Origin: an uncultured Acidobacteriota bacterium
GTDB lineage: Bacteria; Acidobacteriota; Terriglobia; UBA7540
Direction of reading: 5' to 3'
DNA: 64,000 nt
Assembly: GCA_963804995.1 (NCBI GenBank)
Contig: CAWDSK010000006.1
Span: 352,001-416,000 of the forward strand
Part shown: one piece after another, positions 41,501 through 50,573 of the stretch
Layout of the letters: the number at the start of each line of letters is the position of its first letter
How positions within the stretch are numbered: the stretch's first letter is position 1
Program-made: the position numbers and the translations under genes
The notes under the pieces: generated by a model
The model's database searches: none
What the model was told of the DNA's origin: nothing
What the model saw: the letters and a program-made list of their open reading frames with translations, nothing else

Positions 41501-42109
41501 CATGTGTTTCAGGCGAGTTACGTCTATGACTTGCCTTTCTTCCACAATACCACTCACCCCTTCGTGAAAGAAGTGGGGGCCGGCTGGAAGATCAGCGGCA
41601 TTACCAGCTTCTTTAGCGGTCAACCCGTCGATGTCACCTGTGGGGTCAGCGGATATAGCACCGGTGTCGGAACGAATGTTCGTTGTGATTCTATAGGGAG
41701 ACTGGTCAAACAAAAGGGTGTCTTCAACGACCCGCAGTTTGGCCCGACGGCGACATTCTTCAACCCCGCCGTCGTCACCCAGCCGTTCCTCAGCCAGTTC
41801 GGCGCCAACGGCCAACCGGGCATGTTCGGCTATGTGGGACGCAACGCGCTGGAGGGCCCCGGCCGGAACAATTCCGACCTTGCCCTCCTCAAGAACTTTC
41901 CGATACCGTGGTTCGGGGGTGAGCACTCCGACTTGCAATTCCGTTTGGAGACCTTCAACTCCTTCAATCACACGCAATTTAACGCCATCAGCGCGAGTTG
42001 TAGTTCCTCCATATCCTTCGGTCAGCCTTGTACGAACCTGGGAAATGGCGAGGTAACGGGCGCTTTCAGTCCGCGTCAGATTCAGCTTGGTTTACAATTC
42101 GAGTTCTAA
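38579..42109 (+). CDS. TonB-dependent (Oar-type) outer-membrane receptor
   Basis: GTVTDTSGAVIPGA, LNGRNF, KSGTKDFHG, YIQDDWKV, APRFGFAYD, terminal RQIQLGLQFEF. Confidence 0.93.
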   Translation: MLRKCLGLFMLVCLSAAGAFAQDTATIVGTVTDTSGAVIPGAKVEVAQPAKGYLRELVSNSAGEFNAPGLPIGLYTVTAEATGFEKLVHTDIALTAGQIQRVDMKLTVGQVTQEVTVAGNVTTVQTENATISGVISATQVENLNLNGRNFLALTVLVPGAVPDNNFTPQHLGHLGSCVGVYYDGLRSEFSNLEIDGGNNSDEAGGGNGGDTTPSLNSIAEFRLSTSNYGANVGQHAGPIIEVVTKSGTKDFHGNMHEFVRNDVMDANAFFLNREIAPTGGNAPKQPLKWNTYGFTFGGPFYIPNHYNTSKSKTFFFYSEEFAAYREGATISGTVPSLKMRQGDFGECDPNSAEANPVIISQGCTLPTNPLTNQLYAGNQVPVDPNATALLSPFIPVPNSGVDSYVSARTVPENFREEQLRVDQNISDKARIFVRYTHDTWERTQTPALWTSSQFDTTATRVQNPTVAAVLNLTYTFKPNLVSEFVMAYGDDPHNYVPVPGPANPINSVNKPSGWNASNLFPANASQALLPGINVSGGIPGSFAEDSGVYPFVNTNPVTTVKEKIAWSVGKHTLKMGMYLEKYEKNEVYGYAPQGELTFSSSSAISTGNGLADMLLGRIGQYTEGSPFYNGIAVGGYNKGHYRSTQFEPYIQDDWKVTRKLTLNLGLRYYYLSPLHNVSHPITDANFVPSLYNASDAPQLNASGNLIISPNTVNYTTFGNGLEQCGKTIPTGCTYAHQANIAPRFGFAYDPFGHGTSVIRGGYGIYYEPPNLISTEQMEGNPPFSLTNSNYNVLGYQNIVPGALGPDTMHAIPLYGVSTYSQQFSLGMEHQFSHNNLVTVSYVGSLGRHLPRQRNLNQVPDGVGMVNAPALAGTPGCDVSGNCNVQSLLINNVQPTIFFAPYRGYSTMNMLEPTAISSYNAVQGSLRHMVGHGLTLQLMYTYGHTLDNTSGYAQSYGTDNQNLSRWYATSNINRTHVFQASYVYDLPFFHNTTHPFVKEVGAGWKISGITSFFSGQPVDVTCGVSGYSTGVGTNVRCDSIGRLVKQKGVFNDPQFGPTATFFNPAVVTQPFLSQFGANGQPGMFGYVGRNALEGPGRNNSDLALLKNFPIPWFGGEHSDLQFRLETFNSFNHTQFNAISASCSSSISFGQPCTNLGNGEVTGAFSPRQIQLGLQFEF

Positions 42110-42212
42110 TAGAGTGGGGGACGGAAGTCCTCCACCTCACCACGGGAAGACCAGCGCCCAAACCATCTTGAGCGATGGCAAAAGGACGCATGGTCTTCCT
42201 GGGCGGCCTGGC

Positions 42213-43187
42213 ATGAGTCTCGGAACTCAACGGGTGCTAACGGAACTCGCCGAAAAGTTATCCTGGGTTATTCTTCTGGCCTGCCTCAGTGGCGATTGCC
42301 TGGGGGGATGGGTCGTTGCCTCGCCCGGGCCATCGAATGATGAAACCCCGCCTGCCGACCTCCAGGAAGTAAAGACCCTCGCCCGCCAGCACCGCTGGAG
42401 TGAAGCGGCAACTCATGTCGACGCCCTGCTTAAACAACATCCCGATGACCCCCGGCTCTTCTACTGGCGGGGGGTCGCGCGCTTTCAAATGGCAGACAGC
42501 ATCGGGGCCATCATGGCGTTTCGCTCGGCGGAGCGCCTGGGCCTCGACACCGCGGACCTGCACAAGTCACTGGGGTTCGCGTACTGGAAGATTCATCAAT
42601 ATATTCTCTTCGAGCAGCAAATCGAGAAGGCCATCCAGCTCAATCCTTCGGATTATGAATCCTATTATGCACTTGGACGCCATTACCAAAGTATAAGAGA
42701 TGACTGCACAAAGGCGGAGGAATATCTCCACAAAGCGATCCAACTGAAGCCGGATGAGCCGAAGATCATCTTCAGCCTGGCGGTTTGTCAGGAGATGTTG
42801 GGGCACCGCGACGATGCCATGGCGACCTATACCGAGGCCATGCATCTGGTAGAGGCCAAACACGAAATGTACCCATGGCCGTTCCAGGAAATGGCCCGGC
42901 TGCTCCTCTCGCAAGATCCTGAGCAGGCGTTAAAACTGGCGCAGAGGGCGGTGGAATTGGCTCCGCAGTTGGATGCCGCCCACCAGATCCTGGCCAAGGT
43001 TGAGGAGTCGATGGGCAAATACCCTGAAGCCATCGCGGAGCTGCTTACCGTAGCGCGGCTGGATCCTGCGAATCCTTCCCCTCACTACGCCCTCTTCGTG
43101 CTTTATAAGAAGACCCACGATCTGGAAGCAGCCCAGGCCCAGTTGAAGCAGTTCGAAGAACTCAACGCTCTCTATGCGCAACCCTAG
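42213..43187 (+). CDS. TPR protein (start uncertain)
   Basis: Repeated KAIQLNP/KAIQLKP/RAVELAP helices. Confidence 0.85.
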   Translation: MSLGTQRVLTELAEKLSWVILLACLSGDCLGGWVVASPGPSNDETPPADLQEVKTLARQHRWSEAATHVDALLKQHPDDPRLFYWRGVARFQMADSIGAIMAFRSAERLGLDTADLHKSLGFAYWKIHQYILFEQQIEKAIQLNPSDYESYYALGRHYQSIRDDCTKAEEYLHKAIQLKPDEPKIIFSLAVCQEMLGHRDDAMATYTEAMHLVEAKHEMYPWPFQEMARLLLSQDPEQALKLAQRAVELAPQLDAAHQILAKVEESMGKYPEAIAELLTVARLDPANPSPHYALFVLYKKTHDLEAAQAQLKQFEELNALYAQP

Positions 43188-43968
43188 GTTTATTGAAATC
43201 GTGTTCGGTTGGAGTATCGTCCTCGCCACGGCGGGATCGAGCGGCACGCCCGGCGCCTTTGCGCAGTTTGGGCCGCTGGTGGACACGATGAATGCTCCCC
43301 AGGCGAAGACCGAGGAGGAGCTTGACCTCTATCTGGAATTAACGGTCAGCACCAACCCACGAGCCAGCGTGGAGATTGCAGAACGTTTCGCCAGGGAATA
43401 CCCAAAATCTGAACTCCTGGGCTTGGTTTATGAGTATGAGATGCAAGCTTGCCAGCGCTTGGATGACTTTGAAGGAACCCTGCGCGCCGGACGAAAGGCT
43501 CTGGAGCTTCTGCCGGATAACGCTGATACGCAACTGACGCTGGCGAGCGTCATCCCCGACCATGCTCAAGGCCGAGCGGACTCGACCAAGTTGTTGCAAG
43601 AGGCTGAGGAATACGCCCGCCGGAGCTTGCGCGAGCTTGCCACAATGCGCATTCCCAAAGAGATTTTGCCCGACCGCTGGAAGACCCTGCGCGGCCAGCT
43701 TGAAGCTCAAGCGCACGAAGCCCTGGGGAAGATTGAAAGAGACAGGGGTAACCTTGAGGGTGCGATCTCGGAATTCGCTTTGGCTGCCTCGCAAAATCCC
43801 GTCCCCCAGGGTACCCAATTCTTGGAGCTCGGCGCCGCTTACTCCCAGGCTCGGCAACCTGAGGAGGCGAAGAAAGCTTTCGAGCGTGCTATAGAACTTG
43901 GCCCGGCCCGTGTCCGCGAGGTGGCTGAGCGCGAATTGGCGAAAGTTACCAGCAACCGCACCCCGTAG
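43174..43968 (+). CDS. Secreted TPR protein
   Basis: Signal peptide, KALELLPDN, FERAIELG. Confidence 0.8.
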   Translation: MRNPRFIEIVFGWSIVLATAGSSGTPGAFAQFGPLVDTMNAPQAKTEEELDLYLELTVSTNPRASVEIAERFAREYPKSELLGLVYEYEMQACQRLDDFEGTLRAGRKALELLPDNADTQLTLASVIPDHAQGRADSTKLLQEAEEYARRSLRELATMRIPKEILPDRWKTLRGQLEAQAHEALGKIERDRGNLEGAISEFALAASQNPVPQGTQFLELGAAYSQARQPEEAKKAFERAIELGPARVREVAERELAKVTSNRTP

Positions 43969-43977
43969 GCTTCCGCC

Positions 43978-45537
43978 TTAGACTTTGTACTCACCACGGT
44001 AGGGCGGGTTCACGTAAGCGTTGGCTTTTTCGAAATTGGTCACGCGCATGTTGGCCGAGTCCCATTCGAGTTTTTCGCCCGCGAAGCGCTGTGCCAGCAC
44101 GCCGAGCAGGAGAGATTCGGTCGGTCCCACCTGGAGCCCGTAATGGGTGGCTGGAGCGGCTCCGCCTTTGACGGCTGCGATCCACTGCTCGATGGCGACG
44201 TCGCGACGTTCATCCTCGCGGGAGCCCCGTTGCCGGGGAGGCAGTTGGTATTTCGTTGACTCCGGGTAGACCCGCGGGTTGGTTCCGTTAAACCCGCCGA
44301 GGATAAATCCCTTGTCGCCAACATAGAGGATGCCCTCGTTCTGCTCGCCCGGATGAAAGTAGTGATCGTCCTCAGGCCTCAACCCGGCGGGACGTGGCGG
44401 CCGTATTGCTCCTTCGTACCAGGTAATGCGCAGGGCAGCCCGGCCGTTGTGCGCCGGGTAATGGAGATGAATCACTGAGGCTTTCGGGTAGCTCTCAGCA
44501 CGCGCCGCGGGAGTGGAGTCCCACCAGCCGGTGGCCGAGGCCTCAACCGCCGTAGGCGCCGTGAGGTCGAGGATCTTGTACAAGCCGGCGAAGCTGTAGG
44601 ACCCCATGTTGCCGATGGCGCCAGTACCGAAGTCCAGCCAGCCGCGCCATTGGAAGGGATGGTAGAGCGGATGGTAGGGACGCATCGGAGCGGGCCCCAC
44701 CCAAAGATCCCAGTCGAGACCCTTGGGAACCGGGGGAGCTTCGTGCGGGCGCTCGATTCCCTGCGGGGTATTGGGGCGGCTCGACCAGTTGTGGACTTCC
44801 CGCACAGTCCCGATGGCGCCATCCGCGATCCAGTCCTGAATGGCCTGGGTGTCCCGCATCGTGGGATTGTTTACGGGCAACGCTCCGACCAGGTTCATCT
44901 GTCGGGCCACGTCCGCCATGCGGCGCGCCTCACCAATATTGTGCGCCATGGGCTTCTGCGACAGGACGTGCTTGTGCTTAAGCAGGGCGGCGATGGAGAT
45001 ACCGGCGTGCCAATGGTCGGGAGTGGCCACGTAGACGGCGTCCACGTCCTTTTCCTTTTCCAGGAGCTCGCGGAAATCGCAGTAGGCAGTGCAGCCCTTG
45101 TAGCTGTGGTTGTTTCGCGAGCTGTAGTACGCCTCCACCATCTTCTTGGCGGGTTCGCGGCCAGCGGCCCCCATGCTGCTTTTCCAGTTGGGAAGGAGCC
45201 ACTTGTCTCCCGCCGCAGCCAACTCCTGCCCCCAGTTTTCGTAGCTAGGGCCCAGCAACCGGCGTTCCTGCTTCAACAGGTCATTCGAGCCATACTCGGC
45301 ATAGTCCTTGCTCATTTCATTTGGGTCCGCGACCGCCACCACCTGGATGTCCGGACGCGCCAGGAGCTCCATGGTAACAACCATTCCCTGGAAGCCCATG
45401 CCGATTGAGGCTATGGTAATCTTGTCGCTCGGCGGGGTGTAACCGCGTCCCCCCAAAACGTGACGGGGAACTATGGTGAATGCCGCCGCGCCCATGAAGG
45501 CCCGGCGCGTAAAGACGTGACTCTTTTCATTGTTCAT
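43978..45537 (-). CDS. Gfo/Idh/MocA oxidoreductase with Tat signal
   Basis: TRRAFM, PPSDKI, IGMGFQG, ATPDHWH, QKP, WRGWLDFGTG. Confidence 0.92.
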   Translation of the reverse strand: MNNEKSHVFTRRAFMGAAAFTIVPRHVLGGRGYTPPSDKITIASIGMGFQGMVVTMELLARPDIQVVAVADPNEMSKDYAEYGSNDLLKQERRLLGPSYENWGQELAAAGDKWLLPNWKSSMGAAGREPAKKMVEAYYSSRNNHSYKGCTAYCDFRELLEKEKDVDAVYVATPDHWHAGISIAALLKHKHVLSQKPMAHNIGEARRMADVARQMNLVGALPVNNPTMRDTQAIQDWIADGAIGTVREVHNWSSRPNTPQGIERPHEAPPVPKGLDWDLWVGPAPMRPYHPLYHPFQWRGWLDFGTGAIGNMGSYSFAGLYKILDLTAPTAVEASATGWWDSTPAARAESYPKASVIHLHYPAHNGRAALRITWYEGAIRPPRPAGLRPEDDHYFHPGEQNEGILYVGDKGFILGGFNGTNPRVYPESTKYQLPPRQRGSREDERRDVAIEQWIAAVKGGAAPATHYGLQVGPTESLLLGVLAQRFAGEKLEWDSANMRVTNFEKANAYVNPPYRGEYKV

Positions 45538-45621
45538 TGCATACCTCCGTGCGGCTGAAGAGCCTGCGGAAAAAACCGTTGGCGCTGTCCTTATCAGCAC
45601 CACTCTGGCTTCTTGGTCAGC

Positions 45622-45811
45622 ACCACCCCGGCGCTCGGCCCCGATGATCAATTTGGAAAGAACACGCTATCGGGGCTCGGCCCCGATGATCAATTTGGAA
45701 AGAACACGCTATCGGGGCTCGGCGCGCCACCCCTCCTCAACTGAGGAGGGGAGTTCTGCAACAACTCCCCTCCTGATTCAGGAGGGGTGGCGCCGAAGGT
45801 GACGGGGTGGT
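45622..45811. repeat. Palindromic repeat containing a tandem 42-bp duplication
   Basis: ACCACCCC...GGGGTGGT outer inverted repeat; GCTCGGCCCCGATGATCAATTTGGAAAGAACACGCTATCGGG at 45633-45674 and 45675-45716. Confidence 0.88.
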
Positions 45812-45942
45812 TACAGGGGCGCCCAGAGCGCAACGGTGGAAACCGTACCGCCTGGACCTCCGGTCCGGCCTGCAAGATACACCTGGCCCCAGTTGAATGC
45901 AACTGGCGCAGCAGCACAAAAGTTTTTCGTCGAGGAGGACTT

Positions 45943-47811
45943 ATGCAGAGGCGTAGATTCCTTCAGAGTTCAGCCCTGGGAGCTTCCCTGGTGATGAGCA
46001 ATCTGGGAGGTTCGACCTCAAAGCCCGCAGCCGCCCCAGAGGCGTCATCACCGCAAGCGGCCACCACCCATCAACTGGTTGAAATTCCGGGGAAGAGCTT
46101 CGAGACGACCGACGGACTAACCAGTGTCACGGTAACCGTTACTCTGGGAAAATTCCTCATCTCTCCCACCGAGGTGACGCAGCGCGAGTTCGAAGCCATC
46201 ATGGGGTATAACCCTTCCTTCCACCAGGGTCCCGACCTCCCCGTCGAGACCGTCACCTGGTGGGAGGCGATTCGCTACTGCAACCTGCGTAGCATTAAGG
46301 AGAATCTGGATCCGTGCTACGACCTGGATTCAGGATCCTGTGACCTGGAGCAGAATGGGTACCGCTTGCCCACTGACGCCGAGTGGACCTATGCGGCCGA
46401 TATGGAATCCCAGCCCGCCTCGGCGAGCGTCGCGGGAAACCTGGGATCTTCAGACACCAAGAGTGTCGAGCGCCTACTAGCCGCACTCAAGACCACGGGC
46501 ACCAATCCCGTGGGCAGCTACCCTCCCAATCGTTTTGGCCTCTACGACATGCTCGGCAATGTTTGGGAGTGGTCAAACGACTACTTCAATCCCGTGCGCA
46601 CCATACAAGGCTCATACAACCCGGCCGGCCCCCTGCGAGGGTTGGCGCGCATCATTCGAGGCGGTTCGTTCATGAGCACCACCAGCTCCGACTGGGCGCG
46701 CGGTTATCGATCCTCCCTGGAACCTGAGTATAAGAGCCGTTTCACGGGGTTCCGCGTTTGCCGGACCTTGGAGCCGAAGGCGGCGCTTCCCGCGGCGCAT
46801 CATGACCCCAAGTGGTACGACACGTATCACCAGCCCCCGGCCGGATATGAAAGCGCCACCGGGGATTTGTCCTCGCTGGTTTCGGGGGTCAGTACGGTGG
46901 ACCAATGGGAGACCCGCCGGCGAGAAATCAAAGCGAAATGGCTGAACCTGCTGGGCTCGATGGAAATGAGCCCCCTGGCGCCTCGGACCCGGTGGGTCGA
47001 GACAGTCAACGACCAGAATTACACCGCCAGGCTTATGTACCTTCAAGTCGAGCCGGATTATTGGGAAAAGATTCTGGTGATGATGTCGTGCGAAAGGCTG
47101 AAGAGACCACGCCCTGTGGTTATTGTGCCCTTCTATGATGTTGACACTCCGGCCGCGCGAGACTTATCGGGACGCGACTTCCTGGGAGCGGGTGTCGATT
47201 CCTATGCCTACTCCGCGGTGCAAAAAGGCTACATTGCCGTGGCGATTCGCTGGTGCTTCGAAAGCTATGGTGAGGCCTACAGCGAGGCGGTGGCAAATCT
47301 CAAGCTGCGGCATCCCCACTGCGCGGGCCTCGGGAAGTGGATCTGGGATGCACAGCGGCTGGTCGATTATTTGTACACGCTGCCCGAGGTCGACCGAGAG
47401 CACATCGGAATCATTGGGCATTCGCTCGGCGGGAAGATGGCGCTGTACGCGTCGGCGTTTGATGAGCGGATCACCGCCGTGGTTTCAAATGAGGGCGGCA
47501 TCGGGCTTACTTTCTCAAATTACGAAGACTATTGGTATTTTGGCGACTTCATTCAGAAGCAGGACAAGGCGACGGATCAACATGAACTACTCGGGCTCAT
47601 TGCGCCCAGACCGTTCCTGTTGCTGGGCGGCGATGCCTACGATACGGCTGAGAGTTGGCACTACATCAACGCGGCGCGGCAAGTTTATGATCTCTACCGT
47701 AAGCCCCAGAACCTGGGTTACTTCAATCACCACAAGGGCCACATGCCCACCCCGGAAGCAGTCTGGCGCGCCATGGAGTGGCTGGCGCACTTCCTGGGCC
47801 CACCCCAATAA
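45943..47811 (+). CDS. Tat-exported FGE-sulfatase domain plus alpha/beta hydrolase fusion
   Basis: RRRFL, GYRLPTDAEW, YDMLGNVWEW, TGFRV; GHSLGGK nucleophile elbow, LIAPRP, KGH. Confidence 0.88.
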   Translation: MQRRRFLQSSALGASLVMSNLGGSTSKPAAAPEASSPQAATTHQLVEIPGKSFETTDGLTSVTVTVTLGKFLISPTEVTQREFEAIMGYNPSFHQGPDLPVETVTWWEAIRYCNLRSIKENLDPCYDLDSGSCDLEQNGYRLPTDAEWTYAADMESQPASASVAGNLGSSDTKSVERLLAALKTTGTNPVGSYPPNRFGLYDMLGNVWEWSNDYFNPVRTIQGSYNPAGPLRGLARIIRGGSFMSTTSSDWARGYRSSLEPEYKSRFTGFRVCRTLEPKAALPAAHHDPKWYDTYHQPPAGYESATGDLSSLVSGVSTVDQWETRRREIKAKWLNLLGSMEMSPLAPRTRWVETVNDQNYTARLMYLQVEPDYWEKILVMMSCERLKRPRPVVIVPFYDVDTPAARDLSGRDFLGAGVDSYAYSAVQKGYIAVAIRWCFESYGEAYSEAVANLKLRHPHCAGLGKWIWDAQRLVDYLYTLPEVDREHIGIIGHSLGGKMALYASAFDERITAVVSNEGGIGLTFSNYEDYWYFGDFIQKQDKATDQHELLGLIAPRPFLLLGGDAYDTAESWHYINAARQVYDLYRKPQNLGYFNHHKGHMPTPEAVWRAMEWLAHFLGPPQ

Positions 47812-47965
47812 CGTGTGGGTCTGGATGGGTTGAGGTTTGGCGCCATGCCCCTCAGGTTCGGCCTATTCATTGTTCCCTGTTTCCGTCAGGAGGGACGAGA
47901 AAAACAAATCAGGTCACGCTCGTCGGTCCAAACCCTCTAAGCGCGCCAAAGGGATTCTGCCCCTC

Positions 47966-49178
47966 TCAAGAGCGCCGTCCGCCCTCGCGCAGAATTCCGC
48001 GCAACCGGAAGCCGACAATGCGCTCCTCGCCCGGATACAAATTATAGGAAGCGAGTGAGAGCCCATCCTCGCCGACGTTGACCTCAATCGAGGGATCGCC
48101 GTCACGCAACTGCTGGGCGCAGTCAGCATATTTGAGGTTCAGCCGGTCCTGGGCCCACTGCACACGCAGATAGGGAACCGGGTGTCCGCCAGGGCCGGGG
48201 ACGTAAACCTCAGCCGTGACGGTGGGAATGCCACTGAGGTCGCGGGCGATGCTCTCCACAAAGCCACGCCACAGACGGAGGTCGGCATCGTGATCGCGCT
48301 CGAACGTACTCCTCAACCGCCGCCAGCAGGCCCATCATTTCCTCTTTGCCGACCTTGCACGTCCGGCCAATCGCATCCTCGACGGGATTGTTGTTGAGGA
48401 GGGCGGCCTGAATCAAATCCTTGCGGCCCAGCAGCAAGCCCGAGCTTTGCGGCCCGCGCAATCCCTTGCCACCGCTGAAACCAACCAGATCGAAGCCCTC
48501 GTGTACGATACTGGAAAGATTGGTAGCAGGCGGCAATTCGGCCGCAGCGTCGTTGAACACGGGAATTCCGGCCCGCTTGCCCGCCTCGATGAACTCCTTG
48601 CGCTTGATCGGCCCCTTGTACTCAAAAATGTTGGTGAAGTAGAGCATGGCGGTTTGCGGGCCGATGGCGCGGTGGAGATCGTCCAGGGTCTCAACTTCCA
48701 CGAACTTGACCCCGACGTTTCGGGCAGCGTGATCAAAGCCGTTGCGATGCGCGCGGGGAACGATGACCTCGCTCTTCATGCCGTCAAGGTTGGGGACACG
48801 GCGGATATTCTCGGGGTCGGCGCCGGTGACGCAGGCGGCCGTGGCCAGCATGATCGAGCCAGCGCCCCCGGACGTGACCATCGCCGCCTCGACATCGAGC
48901 ACCTTGGCGATGCGCTCGCCCACGGCTTTTTGCAAATCCTCCAGCCGGACAAAGCTCTGGGCAGCTTCTTGCATGGCGAGGCGGGCTCGCTCCCGCAGTA
49001 GCGAACCCGTCAGGATCGTGTAAGTGCCGGCGGCGTTAATCAAAGGGCGCACACCGAGCTTGCGGTAAATCTCCCCGTGCTCAGCCGCCAATTTCGCAGC
49101 CCGAATATAGCGCGGGCGGAAACCCGCGGCCGCGATCGAGGCCGCGGCGCTACCCCAGAAAAATGTCCGCCGGTTCAT
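47966..49178 (-). CDS. SelA-like PLP-dependent enzyme (DgaE family), split by a 1-bp insertion at about 48303
   Basis: INAAGTYTILTGS, DAAAE, FSGGKGLRGPQSSG, IGRTCKVGKEE. The corrected junction reads EEYVERDHDA. Confidence 0.88.
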
Positions 49179-49234
49179 GATGTTTCCTTTCTTCGTTGGT
49201 ATTCACAATATCGCCGGCCGCGATTCAGTTTGCC

Positions 49235-49385
49235 GTATTGGCGAGTTTACCTCGCCATATGGCGGCGTAAAGCCGCCGCTACGACAGGCTGCCGCGCGAC
49301 CGCGATTCGATTTGACGTAGCGGCGAGTTTACCTCGCCATATGGCGGCGTCCCGATCAGATCGGGATGAATGCCGCCGCCGCTAC
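49235..49385. repeat. Two family-A REP doublets, the second with a nested palindrome
   Basis: GGCGAGTTTACCTCGCCATATGGCGGCGT twice; CCCGATCAGATCGGGA at 49351-49366. Confidence 0.88.
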
Positions 49386-49429
49386 GAGAGCAACCAGGAC
49401 CACTACGGGCCGCAAGGCCGTACCGCCGT

Positions 49430-50215
49430 TCAACCCTTGGCGCCCAGTAGATCGTAGACGGGCGGTTTGGGGGCCCAGCGCACAAAGGCCTCCGCGTACT
49501 GCTTGCCGCACTCCAGGCCGCGCCAGCGGTTGCAGACGGTGTAATCGGCAACCAGCCAAGGCTGGGCGGTCAGGGTCTTCAGAGCCTCCACCTTACGATC
49601 GAAGGCCTCGCTAATGTCCACATAGTGGTCGGGCACAAACCCCACCCGTGACGCGGTCCCAATCGTCGGCTCAAAGAAGTGGATATCCCAGGAGACCCGT
49701 GCCAACTGCGCCGCTTCCACCACGCTGCGCGATGTCCGCCAGTGGGTGGGATAGGTCAGTTCGTCTTTCCAATGAGTCAGGATCAGGTCAGGTTTGAAGT
49801 CCGCCATCTCCTGGGCCAGCATCTCCATACGCTCCGGCGTCATCCGCAGCGGACCGTCGCCGAACGCGAACATTTTCCCTTCGGCGCCAATCACTTCGGC
49901 GCAGGCAAAAGCTTCTTTTTCGCGCATCCGCCGGACTTCCTCCACCGAGATATCTGGCCGTTGCTTGTACAGGAAAGCGCTCTCGTCCGTCTCGCCCTGA
50001 GTAAGCCAGATGACCTTCACCTTGGAACCGGCGCGAACGTGTTTAATCAAGGTTCCGCCCGCCCGCGAACAAAAATCAGCCGGGTGGGCACTGACGGCCA
50101 GAACCCTCAGGGGGGACGAACCAGGCGGCCTGCCCGCGTCCACCACACTCCGGGCAACGGCCGCAGGCGCGCCCGCCCCCAACGCTGCCGCAAGAACGAA
50201 TTCACGACGCTTCAT
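49430..50215 (-). CDS. PIG-L family protein, GalB (4-oxalomesaconate hydratase)-like, with Tat signal
   Basis: KRREF, VSAHPADFCSRAGG, GETDES, KPDLILTH, FFEP, PDHYVDIS. Confidence 0.85.
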   Translation of the reverse strand: MKRREFVLAAALGAGAPAAVARSVVDAGRPPGSSPLRVLAVSAHPADFCSRAGGTLIKHVRAGSKVKVIWLTQGETDESAFLYKQRPDISVEEVRRMREKEAFACAEVIGAEGKMFAFGDGPLRMTPERMEMLAQEMADFKPDLILTHWKDELTYPTHWRTSRSVVEAAQLARVSWDIHFFEPTIGTASRVGFVPDHYVDISEAFDRKVEALKTLTAQPWLVADYTVCNRWRGLECGKQYAEAFVRWAPKPPVYDLLGAKG

Positions 50216-50324
50216 GCAGTGTACCTCCAACGGGAACCCGGAATTGACAGGGAAATTTCGATATTTACTATACCTGACTGTTCTTCTAAGAGATTCAATA
50301 TTTAGGCCCTACCCGTCGCACCCT

Positions 50325-50553
50325 CTAGTGTCGTGTCTCAGAAGTTCGCTGATTACCAGAGAACCCCCTCACCCGTCCCGCCCCGGCTGATGGAAACGCC
50401 GGTGGCGGTCCACCCTCTCCCCCAAAGGGGCGAGGGCGACAAATTCAGATTAACTCTCCCCTCGCCCCTTTGGGGGAGAGGGGCCGGGGGGTGAGGGGGT
50501 CGCCTTTGAACCCAGTGAGACTTTTTCGGCGAACTTCTGAGACACGACACTAG
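50325..50553. mobile_element. 229-bp MITE-like element with perfect 25-bp terminal inverted repeats
   Basis: CTAGTGTCGTGTCTCAGAAGTTCGC ... GCGAACTTCTGAGACACGACACTAG enclosing a palindromic core. Confidence 0.85.
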
Positions 50554-50573
50554 CGAAGCGAGAACAAGGTTTG

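Noticed and set aside
38600..41977. Long antisense ORFs opposite the TonB receptor and other genes
   Set aside because: Expected shadow ORFs of GC-rich coding sequence, with no motifs or RBS.
45633..45716. CRISPR array
   Set aside because: The units are identical and contiguous with no unique spacers.
2766..47811. Diversity-generating retroelement suggested by three FGE/CLec-fold proteins
   Set aside because: No reverse transcriptase and no template/variable repeat pair with adenine-specific differences seen in the window.
47966..49178. Selenocysteine synthase selA
   Set aside because: Motifs fit the DgaE-like branch (FSGGK), there is a Tat-like leader, and no selB or tRNA-Sec is visible.
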